Of a stretch of DNA of 64,000 nucleotides, positions 1 to 14,775 are shown piece after piece. The DNA comes from the human T2T-CHM13v2.0 reference genome, Homo sapiens: NCBI RefSeq assembly GCF_009914755.1, contig NC_060925.1, one strand, 5' to 3'. Made by a program: the position numbers and the translations under genes. The notes under the pieces are model-generated. The model saw nothing but the letters and a program-made list of their open reading frames with translations. It did no database searches and was not told where the DNA came from. The stretch's first letter is position 1. Each line of letters starts with the position of its first letter.

Positions 1-480
<480 letters not shown>

Positions 481-539
481 AGTTCTGGAACTGATGTCTG
501 CCATTTTATACCCACTGGCAGAACGAGGGAAGGGAAATA

Positions 540-1200
540 GGTATTAACGTTTAGTGAGTTCTCTTAAATGCCAGGTACTATACTTCGTGTCTTATTTATA
601 TTATTAATAATATTTCATTTAATATAATGAAATAGTTCTCACAGCCATACAAGGAAGTAGGCTCCAATCATCATCATCATTATTATTACTCAGAATATGC
701 GAATTATAAAGGTAACATTCACTGGATTTTCACAAAATGAACATACCAGTGTAACTCGCAGCCAGATTGGAAAACAGAATACGGAACCACAGAAGCTACC
801 TTGGGTCCTCTTCTAGTCATTACACCTCCAAGAATAACACTACCTGACTACTGGCCCTGTAGTTTACCGTTGCCTATTTTTGAACTATAGAAGTAGATAT
901 TGCACTTATAAGATTCAAAATATTATATTGGATAATATTTTATGTATAGTGTATTTTCTTCAGTGTAATGCTTGTGAAATTCATTCATGCAGGCATATGC
1001 AGTTGGAGTTCACTCCTTTTCCTTGTGGTATAATATTCCATTGATGACTATGTCATACACTATTTATCCAGCTTTGAAGACCTTATTATTATCTCCCTTT
1101 CAAAAATGACAAAACCAAAACTTGGATAGGTTAAAAAACTAGTTTTAAATCACAGAACTAGAGAGTGGCTGAACTAAGACTGGTCTAATATCATATTATT
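540..1200 (-). mobile_element. MIR split in two (about 540-688 and 1083-1200) by an L1M insertion
   Basis: MIR antisense motifs (TGCCAGGTACTATACT...CTCACAGCC...GTAGG, then TTATTATTATCTCCCTTTCAAAAATGAC...TCACAGAACTAG). Confidence 0.6.
700..1075 (-). mobile_element. Old L1M (L1MC/ME-like) 3' UTR fragment
   Basis: GATTTTCACAAAATGAACATACCAGTGTAAC...AAACAGAAT...TTGCCTATTTTTGAACT...ATATTCCATTG...TATTTATCCA. Confidence 0.65.
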
Positions 1201-1444
1201 CTAAAGGCTAAACAGCAATATAAGATGTGGTTTGAATCACTTAATCTCTAGTCAACAATAATTTATTTAGTGCTTGCTCAATAAATCACACAATAATTAT
1301 TGTGTTCCAAGAACCTTTCTAGCTTCCAAGAGCATAATAAGAAACAAAGCATATTCTCTGCCCTGTTGAGAAACATTCAGACATACAAAAAGATAACTTA
1401 AGTTCCCAATAAGTGCTATGAGGAAGATACTCATAAACATGCAT

Positions 1445-1690
1445 GGAATACTGACTTTTTAGAGGGTCCCATTCTGTTCTGAGTACTTTACCTGTATTAC
1501 TTCATGCAGTTCTCAAAACGAACCCATGTGGTACATACAGCAGCTGTTCCTGTGATCCTTATTTTACAAAAGAAGGGCTGAAGCGTGGAGACTTGAAGTA
1601 CCCAGTCTTATGTCCCACGGATAGGAAAGAGAGGAGCCAGGTTCCAATCAGGGCAGTGAGGCTGCGGGCCCTGCGCACATGACCACACCT
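1445..1690 (-). mobile_element. MIR nested within L2 remnants
   Basis: MIR core ATTTTACAAAAGAAGGGCTGAAGC...TTGAAGTACCCAG...GGAGCCAGG. Confidence 0.6.
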
Positions 1691-4177
1691 TTATGAAGGG
1701 TAAAATAATTTGTGAAGGGTAAAGGGGTATAGAATGAGAGGCAGATTGTTAGGAAAGGCCTCCACGAGGGGGAATGTTTGAGCTGGAGACCCAAATAGTA
1801 AAGAGGAGGTATCTATTCAAAGATCTGGAGAGAGAAGGACCCAAACGTAAGAAGCAGCAAGTAGAAAGATAAAAACACCCTGAGTCAGATATGAGCTTGG
1901 CATATTTAAGGATCAGAAGGAGGATAGTGGAGGGAAATGAGGCCTTGGCCAAGTACAGGTTGGGAGCTCTAGAGACATGGGTTTTGGAATACCACCTTTA
2001 GCCTACACCAAATGCCATTTCTCTTTCTACATTGTTGTTTTCTAATCAACTGCATTGGTTTCTTATGTGGAATGGGTATAATGATGCACATAAAGGCTTA
2101 GAACACTGACAAAGGAAGTCGTACATATTCAAAATTTGGTTTGTTCCTGCTCTTGCTCTTCTCCAATGTCACTCCTACCCTGATGATGGTGGTGAAACCA
2201 GGAACAGAATAGGAGGAGGCCAGTGGGTTGTGTAAGAATGTGTTTAACTTATATTTTCTCAGAGTTGCCCATCTGCTATTTTTCACTACTGATCACACAT
2301 TGCCAGCTGGGGTTTGGAATTGTCATGAAGGGCATCTCAGGTCAGAATCCTTTTCACATTCATGTGTCAGATGTGACAAGGAGTCAGAGTAAAAAAAAAT
2401 AGAGGACAGGAAGAACAGGAGGCTCAATGAAACTTTACCAGGACACCTCTGAAGTCTGGAACTGTGTTTCCAGGAAAGCCAGAAATCTGTTGGGGTTCCT
2501 TTCAGATGAAAAAAAAAAACTGTTCCTGTTTGGGAGTAGTTATTATTTGTGAGGCAGGATGCTCTACACTGTCTCAAGGTGAGAAAATGTTATGTGCTCC
2601 TCGTAGTTATGAGCCTGTTCTAATTATATGCCTCCTTGATTATTGTTCTGCAGATTGATTAGAACCATATTCAAGACATTTGTAGATCATGGTTCCTGGA
2701 CACTTCTATATGTTAGCAAATCAAGTATGATTTATCCCCGGAATTACTGGTTAGGGATGGCTTCTTTTTTTCAATGCATGTTCTCCTTAGCTTATAATTT
2801 TAATTAGCGCTTGCTCCCAGTTCACACTGAGAATGGGGATGATTGTCACTTCAGCACTGATGCATAGCCTTCGCTTGTAATGCAACTTTGACTTTTGCAT
2901 TCAGATTCGTTAATCAATGCTGGATGGAAGATAAGGGAGACTGCTGAATTAAAGTTGCAGTGCAATAGGAAATTCAATAGCCTTCAATTTAGGAGGTGAA
3001 TTTGAATTAGATTTCTGCTAGACAAAGCTGGATTTAACAATCCAGGGATCCTTATCCGCCGCACTCAATTCTCGGTAAAGATCATCCTTCTCTCACATCC
3101 CGACCCAATGGCAAGGGACTAGACCTATATGCTGGAGAGGGTCCAGCACACCTGGGGAGACCCTGCTGTCACTCTTCTCTGTTGCTTGCAGCTTCTTGAA
3201 AAAGTGAATTGCAGCTATCATCGTTGTGCTATTGTTGCAGCGTTTTCTGATTAGACTGCCTCAGCATCTTTCTTCCTGCCACACAGAGACATCAGATTTT
3301 CTCCCTTTTCTTCTTTTACATTGAGGGAGATAAACAGTGGCTTCCTTGGAAGTTCCCTATCTTTTGGCTGTGGCAAATGTCTGTGTATGAGGAAAATACA
3401 ATGACTTCCTGAAAATGTAAAATAATTGTGAGAAAAACCTGCTTTGAATTTCTGATTACCCTCCTTTTACCCAAGATAAGATTGTATTGTTTCTTGAAAG
3501 ATCTAGTATCTTGAACAAGATAATTATATTCCTTCTAATACTCAAGTAGAATTTCCCCTCTGTGAAATACAAGAGAGGTACCTATTTCAGAAAGATTTAA
3601 GTTCAAATTTAATCACGTTGTCTCTGAACTTCGAGTGAAATTTCATTATCATCATCTTGACTCACATTGACTAATATACAAACAGAGCCAACAAGAGTGG
3701 AAAAGTAAGAATATACGGGAAAGAAAATAAAGAGCTGAGGGGACTTTGACAGAAGTTTGGAATTTTCAAGAATGCAATCTGTTCCAGCAAGTTCAAGCTT
3801 TTTTTTTTTTTTTCCTAAAAATGCAATTGGTATTAAAATACAATAATGCTTGGCAGTGCAAATATGAATATTTAACAGTAACAAGTTGATGCAGTTTAAA
3901 TGTTCCTGGGTCCAGGCTTAACAGAATATTGTAAGGAAGATTTACTTTCATGAAGTGAAAGTAAGTGTTTTAAATGAAGTCAAATACTCTTGAGGTCTTT
4001 TATCACCCACTAAAGCTTAGAGAGGCCGTTTTATCCTAGAGTTGAGTTTGATTATCAGAAACCAGAATAAACTTTGCCCTAAATAAACAGTTCAGGTAAG
4101 GAAAGGATTTTTCCTTAGTAAAATTAATGTTTTGATACTATTGTATTATGGTTCTAGAGAGAAACAGAACCAGTACA

Positions 4178-4178
<1 letters not shown>

Positions 4179-4219
<41 letters not shown>
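4179..4219. repeat. (TG)~20 microsatellite
   Basis: Uninterrupted TG run. Confidence 0.97.
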
Positions 4220-4221
<2 letters not shown>

Positions 4222-4273
4222 ACACAGAGAGAGATTTATTTTATGGAATTGGCTTACAAGATGATGGAGGCTC

Positions 4274-4586
<313 letters not shown>

Positions 4587-5582
4587 CCAGGGAGACTGGC
4601 AAGTCCAAAATCTGCAGGGTGGGCAGCAGACTGGAGACACAGGGGGAACTGAAGCTGCAGTTTAAGTCTGAAGGCCATCAGGCTGAAGAAATTTTTCTTG
4701 CTCCGGAGAGTCTTTTGTTCTGTTCAGGCTTTCAACTGATTGGATCCGGCACACCACATCATAGAGGGCAATCTATTTCATTATTTTTCAAAGTCCGCTA
4801 ATTTAAATGCCCATCTCACCCAAAACACTGTCATAGAAACATCCAGAATAATGTTTCAGTACTTACCTGGGCACTGCAGTCCAGCCAAGTTGACATAAAA
4901 TTAATCATCGTAGTTGTTGATGACAAGTTTTGTTTCTACATTCAGTTGGAGACATTTTCAAAGGATTATTCCATTGGCTTCTAGGTTTTGCTTTATTTGT
5001 TAAACATTTTAAATTTTAGGACTCTTTATATCAGAATCAATAATAATTGCTGTGTAATGGACTGGGATTTTAGGAGTAAAAAAATGTTAAAATATGGATA
5101 ATTAGGGCTATGTGGATAGGGAGAGCTACTCATAATAAAAAGAGTCCAGCTGCAGAGGTCTCTCTGCTCTTCCCATTCTTCATCACCTGCATCTGACAAT
5201 TTGCCAAGCATCAGTTTAATTCTCTTTCCATGAAAGAAGATAAAACTGTTGTTTATTCTTTGCAAAGGCACACTGATAAGTCCTTAAACACATTATTTCA
5301 ATTCACACATCTTAAAATCGACCGCATCTTTTCCGTTTCTGTTACCACTGCCTTGGTGTGAGTTCCATCATATCAGTTCCTATAGAATGTCCTGCTCCCC
5401 CTCCACTCTCCAATACAGACACTGTATTAACACCACATTTATTTTTTCCAAGACTTTGCTCCCCTCTTTCCACTCCCTTGCTTCCCAGTGACAGCAAAAT
5501 AAAATCTTCATTCTTGATCCTTGGCATTCAAATCTCTCCATGGCCTGACCCCATCCCACCTGACCAAACTATTCACAAGCAC

Positions 5583-5744
5583 TTTCTTTTTTCTTTTCTC
5601 TTTTCTTCTTTCTTTCTTTCCTTTCTTTCCCTTCTTTCCCTCTTTCTTTCTTTCTCTTTCTTTCTTTCTTTCCTTTCTTTCTTTCCCTTTCTTTCTTTCT
5701 CTTTCTCTTTCCTTCCTTTTTTCTTTCCCTCTTTTTCTTTCTTT

Positions 5745-5791
<47 letters not shown>

Positions 5792-5900
5792 CTTTCTTTC
5801 TCTCTCTCTTTCTTTCTCTTTCTTTCTCTCTTTCTTTCTTTCATCTCTCTCTCTCTCTCTCTTTCTTTCTTTCATCTTTCTTTCTGTCTTTCTTTTTTTT
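5583..5900. repeat. ~315-bp compound (TTTC)n/(TC)n polypyrimidine tract (expanded Alu tail)
   Basis: Almost purely C/T; includes a perfect (TTTC)n run at about 5745-5790. Confidence 0.95.
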
Positions 5901-6156
5901 GACAGAGTCTCGCTCTGTAGCCCAGAGCGAGATCATGTGCAGTGGCATGATCTTGGCTCACTGCAACCTTAGCCTCCTGGGTTCAAGCGATTCTCCCGCC
6001 TCAGACTCCTGAGTAGCTGGAATTACAGGCGCCTATCACCATGCCCAGCTTATTTCTGCACTTTTAGTAGATACGGGGTTTCACCATGTTGGCCAGGCTG
6101 CTCGCGAACTCCTGACCTCAGGCGATCCGCCCACCTCCACCTCCCAAAGTGCTGGG
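5893..6156 (-). mobile_element. Alu (AluS-like), 5'-truncated
   Basis: GACAGAGTCTCGCTCTG...CTCCCAAAGTGCTGGG, lacking the ATTACAGGCGTGAGCCACC... end; degenerate TSD at 5569-5585 / 6159-6175. Confidence 0.93.
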
Positions 6157-6569
6157 CTCTGTTCACATGCATTTTCCACTACTGTCCACCACTAGGTTTC
6201 CAGTCCAGCCGGGCTGTTCAGTGTCTCATTCCAAGCCTTGCTCTTGCATGTTTCCATCTATCTAAATCCCACCCGCCATCCTTTCTCTGAAGATTCTCTA
6301 ATTTCCAGACACCAGGATCTACAATTTGATGGACTCTTTAAGCAACTGTTATGTTTCAGCCATTTTATCCCAGTGTAAATGAAAATTAAATATTTTTATA
6401 CCTGTATTTCTTGTTTGTAATTTTAAACTCCAATAGAATATAATTCTCATTAGGGAATGTAACGTGACTGCCTTTTCTCCCCAGTATCCGTAGTTTCTAG
6501 CAGTGTTCTTGACACACACTAAGCACACATTAAATGTCCCTATATATTAAATATATGAATGAATGAACA

Positions 6570-7189
<620 letters not shown>

Positions 7190-7673
7190 TTACATGTGGC
7201 TTTTTACCTCAGATTCATACTGGGAATATCTCAAGTTTTTAAATGTTTTTAAAAGGGCCTGCTTACATGAAAGAATAGTAAGAAGTTGTCACTTTCTAAA
7301 TATGTAGATGCTGAAACCACTCAAAATATGAAGGACTCATCATCTAATATTCAGGACTTTTTAAAAAAATGCATCCCGAGCAATAAACCCATCCTCATTT
7401 TTATTTCTCTTTCTAAATTCATCCAGTAAAGAAATAACAGAACGTTTAAATGACAAGAGTACATTGCATTTGCAATCTGGGAAATACATTATCCATAAGT
7501 ATGCATTTTTGTGGCCACAGGGTCAGAAAGAACCATGGTATCAATGTGTCCTGGAAACTGCTGCTTTTCATGAACCCCATCAAACTAAAACAACAGAGAT
7601 CCTGTTATTACCTGGTCTTGCTTCAGTCTAGGAGAGCTGTTTCCTAATAATATGTATTAGTTCTTGGAATCTG

Positions 7674-8142
<469 letters not shown>

Positions 8143-9540
8143 TTTTTTTCTTTCCAACTTTTATTTTAGGTTCGGGGGTATATGTGCAGGTTTGGTACTT
8201 GGGGAAATTTTGTGTCATGGGGGTTTGGTGTACAGATTGTTTTGTCACTCAGATAATAAGCATAGTACCCAATAGGTAGTTTTTGATCCTCATCCTCCTC
8301 CAAGCCTCCACCCTCAAGTAGGCCCCGGTGTCTATTGTTCCTTTCTTTGTGCCCAGGCGTACCCAATGTTTAGCTCCCACTTATAAATGAGAACATGTGG
8401 TATTTGGTTTTCTGTTCCTGTGTTAGTTTGCTTAGAAAAATGGCCTCCAGTTCCATCCATGTTGCTGCAAAGTACATGATTTTGTTCTTTTTTTATGGCT
8501 GCATGGTATTCCATGGTGTATATATACCACATTTTCATTATTCAATCCACTTCTGATGGTGTTGATGGGCATCTAGGTTGATTTCATGTCTTTGTTATAG
8601 TGAATAGTGCTGCAACGCGCATAAACGTGCCTGTGTCTTTATAGTGGAACAATTTAAATTTCTTTGGATATATGCTCAGCAATGGGATTTTTGGGTCAAA
8701 TGATAGTTCTATTTTAAGTCTTTTGAGAAATCTCCACACTGTTTTCCACAGTGGCTGAACTAATTTAGATTCCTATCAGTAGTGTATAAGCATTTCTTTT
8801 TCTGCACAACCTCGCCAGCATCTGTTATTTTTGACTTCTTTATAGTAGCCATTCTGAATGCTGTGAGATGGTAACTCATCGTGGTTTTAATTTGCATTTC
8901 TCTAATGATTAGTGATGTTGAGCATTTTTTCATATGCTTGTTGGCTATGTGATGTCTTCTTTGAGAATTTTCTATTCATGTCTTTTGTCCCTTTTTTTAA
9001 TGGGGTTGTTTGGTTTTTTTGCTTGTTAACTTGTTAAGTTCTTTATGGATTCAGAATATTAGACCTTTATCAGATACATAGTTTGCAAATATTTTCTCCC
9101 GTCTGTAGGCTGTCTGTTTATTCTGTTGACAGTTTCTTTTGCTGTGTAGAAGCTCATTACTTTAATTAAGTCCCATTTGTCAATTTTTGTTTTTGTTGCA
9201 ATTGTTTTTGGAGTCTTCATCACGAAATCTTTGCCATGGCCAATGTCCAGAATGGTATTTCCTAGATTTTCATCTAGGGTTTTTATAGTTTTAGGTTGTA
9301 TATTTAAGTCTTTAATTTATCTTGAATTGGTTTTTGTATACGGTGAAAGAAAGGGGTCCACTTTCAATCTTCTGCATTATGGTTAGCCAGTTATCCCAAC
9401 ACCATTTAGTATAGTTTGAAGTCAGGTAGTGTGATACCTCCAGCTTTGTTCTTTTTGCTTAGGACTGCTTTGGCTATTCAGGCCCTTTTTTTTGTTCCAG
9501 ATGAATTTCAGAATATTTTTTTCTAATTCTGTGAAAAATT
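8143..9540 (-). mobile_element. 5'-truncated older primate L1 (L1PA/PB), 3' UTR plus ORF2 C-terminus, with an internal deletion
   Basis: TTTCCAACTTTTATTTTAGGTTCGGGGGTATATGTGCAGG...; ORF 8332-8538 (MWYIYTMEYHAAIKK) matches the L1 ORF2 C-terminus. Confidence 0.93.
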
Positions 9541-10968
9541 TCATCTTTAAGACAATTTTTAAAAAGTTATCTAGACTACTTTCCTGTTTATTATAAAATA
9601 TCAGTTATCAATTAAACATATATTGAACCTGTTTACAACTGGTATAAAATAGACCCAGAGACCGATTGAAAATACTTTTTCCTAAATAAGACCCTTGGTC
9701 TTCAAGAAGTGTCAGTGTATAAAAAGTAATATCATACAAATGTAGGAAATATGTTAATTTTTGGGAGAAAAATAGAGTCTCAGCTGAAGTGACATGCAAA
9801 AAGCAAGCAGGCAAGTAAAAAAATTATGACCATTAAATATTCAAATGTGAAAGTTAAACATTTTAAAGTTAAGAAATATAAAGAAGTTATCTATATTTAT
9901 AGAAAGATCTTATGTTTATGGGAGCAATGAAGGAAGGCGTGATATAAATGATTAGATCACATGAAGTCATAAAATCGTACCTAGAAATAATGAAAAAGTA
10001 TGAAACAAGCAATATCCAATAAATGCATTAAAATATATTCAAGTTTACTGGTATCAAAGAGATGTAAACTATTACCAGGGAGAACTGGTGAGTTAGTAAA
10101 ACAGGCAATTCCACATCATGGCAAAATGTCTAACTGAAGCAGCCTCGTTAGTATTTGAACCAAATTTATCAATAGTGAAACCAGGGTATTCTGTACTGTT
10201 TTGACCTTCACTAATTATTTATGTGGCAAATTTATGGACAAGTTCATGAAAAGATACAGATATAATTAGATTATTAAGACCTACACAGCAAACTCAAAAA
10301 ACTGGTATTTATTTAATCTAAGAAAATGATGTGTTTAAAACTGTAAAAGCAGAATTATTATTATATCAAAGGGGTACTAATTGGTTTCATTTCTATAGAA
10401 GAAAAAACAGGAAGTAGATCTTATATGATAATTTATATTACAGTCAAAGGTGTTTTGGATATTCTCAAACACCAATTTTTTAGTAAGTTAGAATGATAGT
10501 TTGAAAATCTTTTTGGATGATTTAAAAACAAAACAGAAGAGATTTTCTATTTCAGATGAATCTGTTTTAGGTTAGAAGCTCCACTGAAAATCTTCCTCAA
10601 GGACTCCTTTAGAGTTGTGATTCCAAATCGAGACTTTATACAACGCAGCTTTTAAAAAGCATGTTTTAAATAGATCTCACCGCTGGATAAAACCAGCTTT
10701 CATGCTCTTGGCTAAAATACTCTTCTAATGTTATGGGGCTCACTTACACATGGTAGTTGATTCATTGCAAGATCAAGTGAGTGGAGCAAGTTATTTGCTC
10801 CACCAAAAGAACTCTCTTTGGGATCTGGGAAAAGTAGGTATTCTCTCAGGGTTTATGTGAAGCAGATTAAATGAGTTAACAGTATGAAAAGGCATAACCC
10901 AGAACCTCATATTAGGAGGTACCTCAGCAAGAAGACTTGGCATACTAGCAGAAAATATCAAGAATTAG

Positions 10969-11045
10969 AATATATATATATATATGTGTGTGTGTGTGTA
11001 TGTATACATATATATTCAATATATATGAATATATCAATATATTCA
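10969..11045. repeat. (TA)n(TG)n compound microsatellite
   Basis: TATATATATATATATGTGTGTGTGTGTGTATGTATACATATAT. Confidence 0.85.
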
Positions 11046-11094
11046 AAAATGGGCTTACATTAGTGCCACAAATAATAATAACAACAATAATAAT

Positions 11095-11575
11095 ACAGAT
11101 AATGTTTACTGTGTGCCTGACATTTACACAGGCTTCAATAACCCTGTGAAGGAGGTACCATAACTATCTCTTTCTGAAAAGAAGAAAGTAAGGCACAGCA
11201 TGGTTAAGAGAAGTGTGGAGATATGAAGTGACTAGGGGGGAATCTGGTTGGAAAACAGCCTCAGGACAGATTGTGGGAGATTTAGGACATTGTGATAAAA
11301 GTGTGTATTTTAATCTAGGTAGCCTTTGTGAGTTTTTGAGATGAGGAATCACCAATTACAGATGTGCCAGCATTGTACACAGTTCTTATGCCAATGGTGA
11401 ATAGGGGCTGGGGGTGAGAATTTAGTATTGAGGTATTGGAATGGTTCAGATATTAACAAGGAGAGAAGAGTGGGATGAGAAGGAGGCCTTAGTTTGGTAG
11501 ATTATGGAGGAAGGATTTACAGGGCTTGATTGCTAAGTATATGTCCACAAGAGGGAGAGAGAAGTTGAGGACATT
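11095..11575 (-). mobile_element. MIR fragment followed by an L2 fragment
   Basis: AATGTTTACTGTGTGCC...CAATAACCCTGTGAAGGAGGTAC; then GAGTTTTTGAG...AGGGCTTGATTG. Confidence 0.5.
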
Positions 11576-13739
11576 TTCTCTTCATAAATTTAATTTTAAA
11601 AAGTAGGATTTCATTTCCTGACTGGTATCCACACACAGTTGATTATAATTTGTGAAATGTGTTGATTATTCTGGTAGTTAACTTTCATACATTTTTAATT
11701 TGTTTTTGGGATTTTAAATATCCTGCCAAACCCCCAGGTCTCTCAATATATAAAAAATAAAGCCAAGCACAGTTTTGAATATGTGACTAAATAACAAAGA
11801 GATTCAAATCAATTTGGGTAGTTAATGAAATAGATTAGCTCAATAAATATTTCTTGAGTCAAGCAGGTAAGGGACCACTTCTCCCAGATCATTACAGTCA
11901 ATTATTTTAAAGTTGAGAAATTCTTGGCAACTTTTTTTGAATCTAATCAAAAGTTCAAATGACAAAACCACTAGTCACAGGATTTTGATGCTTGTAATTT
12001 CCAAGAAAGTAGAAGAACAGGAGAAATTTGAGAATCAGTACTTCCAAATCTACATACGAGGAAATGGCACCATACACATTGGTGGTGCGAGCAAATTAAT
12101 AAGAACCTATCCTCTCGAGTGCACGTTCTTCCAGTCATTCTAGTTATTCTTGGCATCCTGATCTCACAATCCATTCTTCCCTCTCCTCCCATACTAATCT
12201 CACCACTCAAGTCAATTTTATGCCCTTCATTCAGTTCCTGCTCTCCTTCATTCTGGAGACACCTTAATTTTCTGCTAATTACAGACCTTTATGCCTTTCT
12301 TTCCCTGTGTCTAGAGTGTTTCCCCCACCTGGATTTGCCAAATGCTTTCCCTTATAGCCTTTAAAGATCTCTTTTATTTTTCCTTCCTCCCTGTAGCCCA
12401 TCATGACTAAATTTGTGTGATATTGAATCTCTCCTTTATTCTAACAGGCTATTTGCTCACTCCACAAAAACCACAGCTGCTGAACTCAAAACATAATGTA
12501 ATACTTACTTAGAGTAGGCTTGCTTTTGCTCTAATATCACTCAGGTTGGATAATTCTATTTTGACCACGTTAATATTGTGTGGTCTGAAATGTAGGCATG
12601 TAGACAATGGAAACTGATTCTATTTGACTCACTTAGAAAAGCGTAAGCATAACACAATGTGACTCGCTGCACTGTTAATGAGTTCTTCAGTGGGTACCAT
12701 TTTGTTACACTGATACTAGGAATCAGACTAAGGTGTTGTGTAGAATGTCCATCTTCTGGCTGCATATGTATTTGTGTTTTATGGTGCAAGGTTTGAACCA
12801 TGGTCATAAAGGGAAATCTGAGGTCAGCGATTGCAGCAAGAAAAAGGAAAAAGAAGATGAAAATCACATATGTCTTACAAAACTCCACCTAGTAAGTCTG
12901 TCCTCTCGTCCCACTGGGACTGTGGCCATTCTCCCCTGGTTGATGCTGCTGTCATTATTTCTCCTCATGTGCTCTCTCCTCTGCTTCATTAGCTAATCAT
13001 AGCGCAGGAGCCGTTCTACCAGCATGCACTGTTTCTTCTAACTCTGCAAGTAAAGCTGACACTCACTGCTTAATCACTTTTATCTCAACAGGTAAGGATA
13101 ATAAAACAGTGGGGGAAATGACAAAATTTAGTGCACCGTTTTCTATTAAGAGCCATGGACTAACTTTTTGTATGACATTCAATCACTTACTGTAGCACAG
13201 CATGAAACTCAGGCAGGTGCGACCTCAGCAACCTCAGTTCTGACATAGGAATAAGCGGTATCCTCTGGTTCAAAACCTGGGCTTACTGTGCCTGCAGTAC
13301 TGACTGCGAGATGGCAGCAGAGGATCGAATAAAAAACCCTGGGCCATCTCTTGCAGGACCTCAATTTTTCCCAGTGCATTTGAGGCGAAAATGATGAAAT
13401 GGAGATCTGGAAGGGACACTTATTGATGCCATTGACTCCAATGTCTTATTTATAGATTAAGCAACCAAGGCCTATAGGATTGAAATGGCTTTCCCAAAGC
13501 ACACAGTTGTGTTGGCAATTAAGTTATTCTGACTCGTGTGGTAGATTTTTAAGTTAAGTAGCATCAGTGAACTCTGATAACATTTCAGAATTTGTTTTTA
13601 TTATATTCCTGTGGACACATTTTTTAAACATAAAACATTAGCAAGCAGTAACCTCCTCATATGTGTAAATTAGATTATAGTAGACTTCACCAGTGTTTTT
13701 CAATATAAAGTTAACCTTTTTCTAAGACCACTGAACACT

Positions 13740-14055
13740 ATTCTCCCCAGCCTTTTTGCAGTTGGGTGAAGCTCTGTGACTTAAAATGTGTTCCTTCAGA
13801 GGTGAGGCAGTGAACATGACATCTGCATGATTTTTTCTAGCTCTTTCTCTATCCCTTCATTGTCTAGGGTGGAGGTAATGGACCAAGATACCTGAGCCAC
13901 AGGATTGAAGCAGCTTGGATCACTTAGTAATCCCATGGATGACTGGTTGCTCTGGAGAATTGGCTAAAGGAGAAAAAAGAACTATTATATTTGAAGTAAC
14001 TGAGTTTTTAGTATAGTTTGTTACTGTCACATGAACATAGCCCATCTGACTAATG
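13740..14055 (+). mobile_element. Old MaLR LTR (MLT1I/J-like)
   Basis: CCCAGCCTTTTTGCAGTTGGGTGAAGCTCTGTGACT...GAAGCAGCTTGGATCAC...TTTGTTACTGTCAC...CTGACTAAT. Confidence 0.65.
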
Positions 14056-14275
14056 GAAAGATACTGGTATTTTTCTGCATTTTCTATGATTCTCACTCTT
14101 GGATATCATTTTGTGCAGACATGATGTATTATTATTTATGTCACATAAATAGTGTTCTGACAGAGATTTCCCTTCATACGTGATTTCTGATCTTTCGTGG
14201 CACCCTACTGAATAGATCCTTGGCTGGGATTCTGTGATTCCCCATCAGGCTTGCTTCCCTGTGTTCATGGCTTCC

Positions 14276-14775
14276 TCTTAGCATGGGTTTTCTGGAAGAC
14301 AAAACCTGAAGCAAAAGCATAAGTGCTAATACTTTATGGGAGTTTTGTGATCGGCTGACTGCTCAGTTTCTCAGAATATCTTCCGAGAAGCTGAATGAAG
14401 CTCCTGTGACTCCAAACAGTATGGAAAGTGGAGCAGGAGAAAGAAAAATACATTAAATACAGATTTTTACATTAAATATACATTCTATAGAGATCAATTT
14501 TTTCGTAAGATTTTTTTTGCTTATGTCATATATGGTTATTCAGAAAATAGGCAGAAATAAGCCAAAAAAGAAAAGAAATTGATATAAATCTGCCTGGGTA
14601 TGGCAGCATCTTAGGTCTCAGTGACAACAGAGAAGCCCCAGAGCATGAGTTGAGTTGATGTTACCCTGCTGTGCTGAGACCCAGCTCCGTGGTGGGAGGA
14701 GCAGAATCTAGCCATTGCTGTAGTCACTCCAGCTAGACAGCGTGGCAAATGAGCAGAACTTGGGTAATGCAGAAA
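14276..14775 (-). mobile_element. LTR33-like ERVL LTR containing a foreign insert (about 14445-14591)
   Basis: TCTTAGCATGGGTTTTCTGGAAGACAAAACCTGAAGCAAAAG...TACTTTATGGGAG and later AGAGAAGCCCCAGAGCA; resembles the element at 34152. Confidence 0.5.

Larger units (their letters stand above)
5270..6568 (+). mobile_element. L2 3' fragments flanking an Alu insertion
   Basis: L2-like pyrimidine-rich pieces; terminal ...CACATTAAATG...TGAATGAATGAA. Confidence 0.55.

Noticed and set aside
5358-6012. Long ORFs (204 aa, 163 aa; F/S/L-rich or K/E/R-rich)
   Set aside because: They are translations of a stop-free (TTTC)n tract plus Alu.
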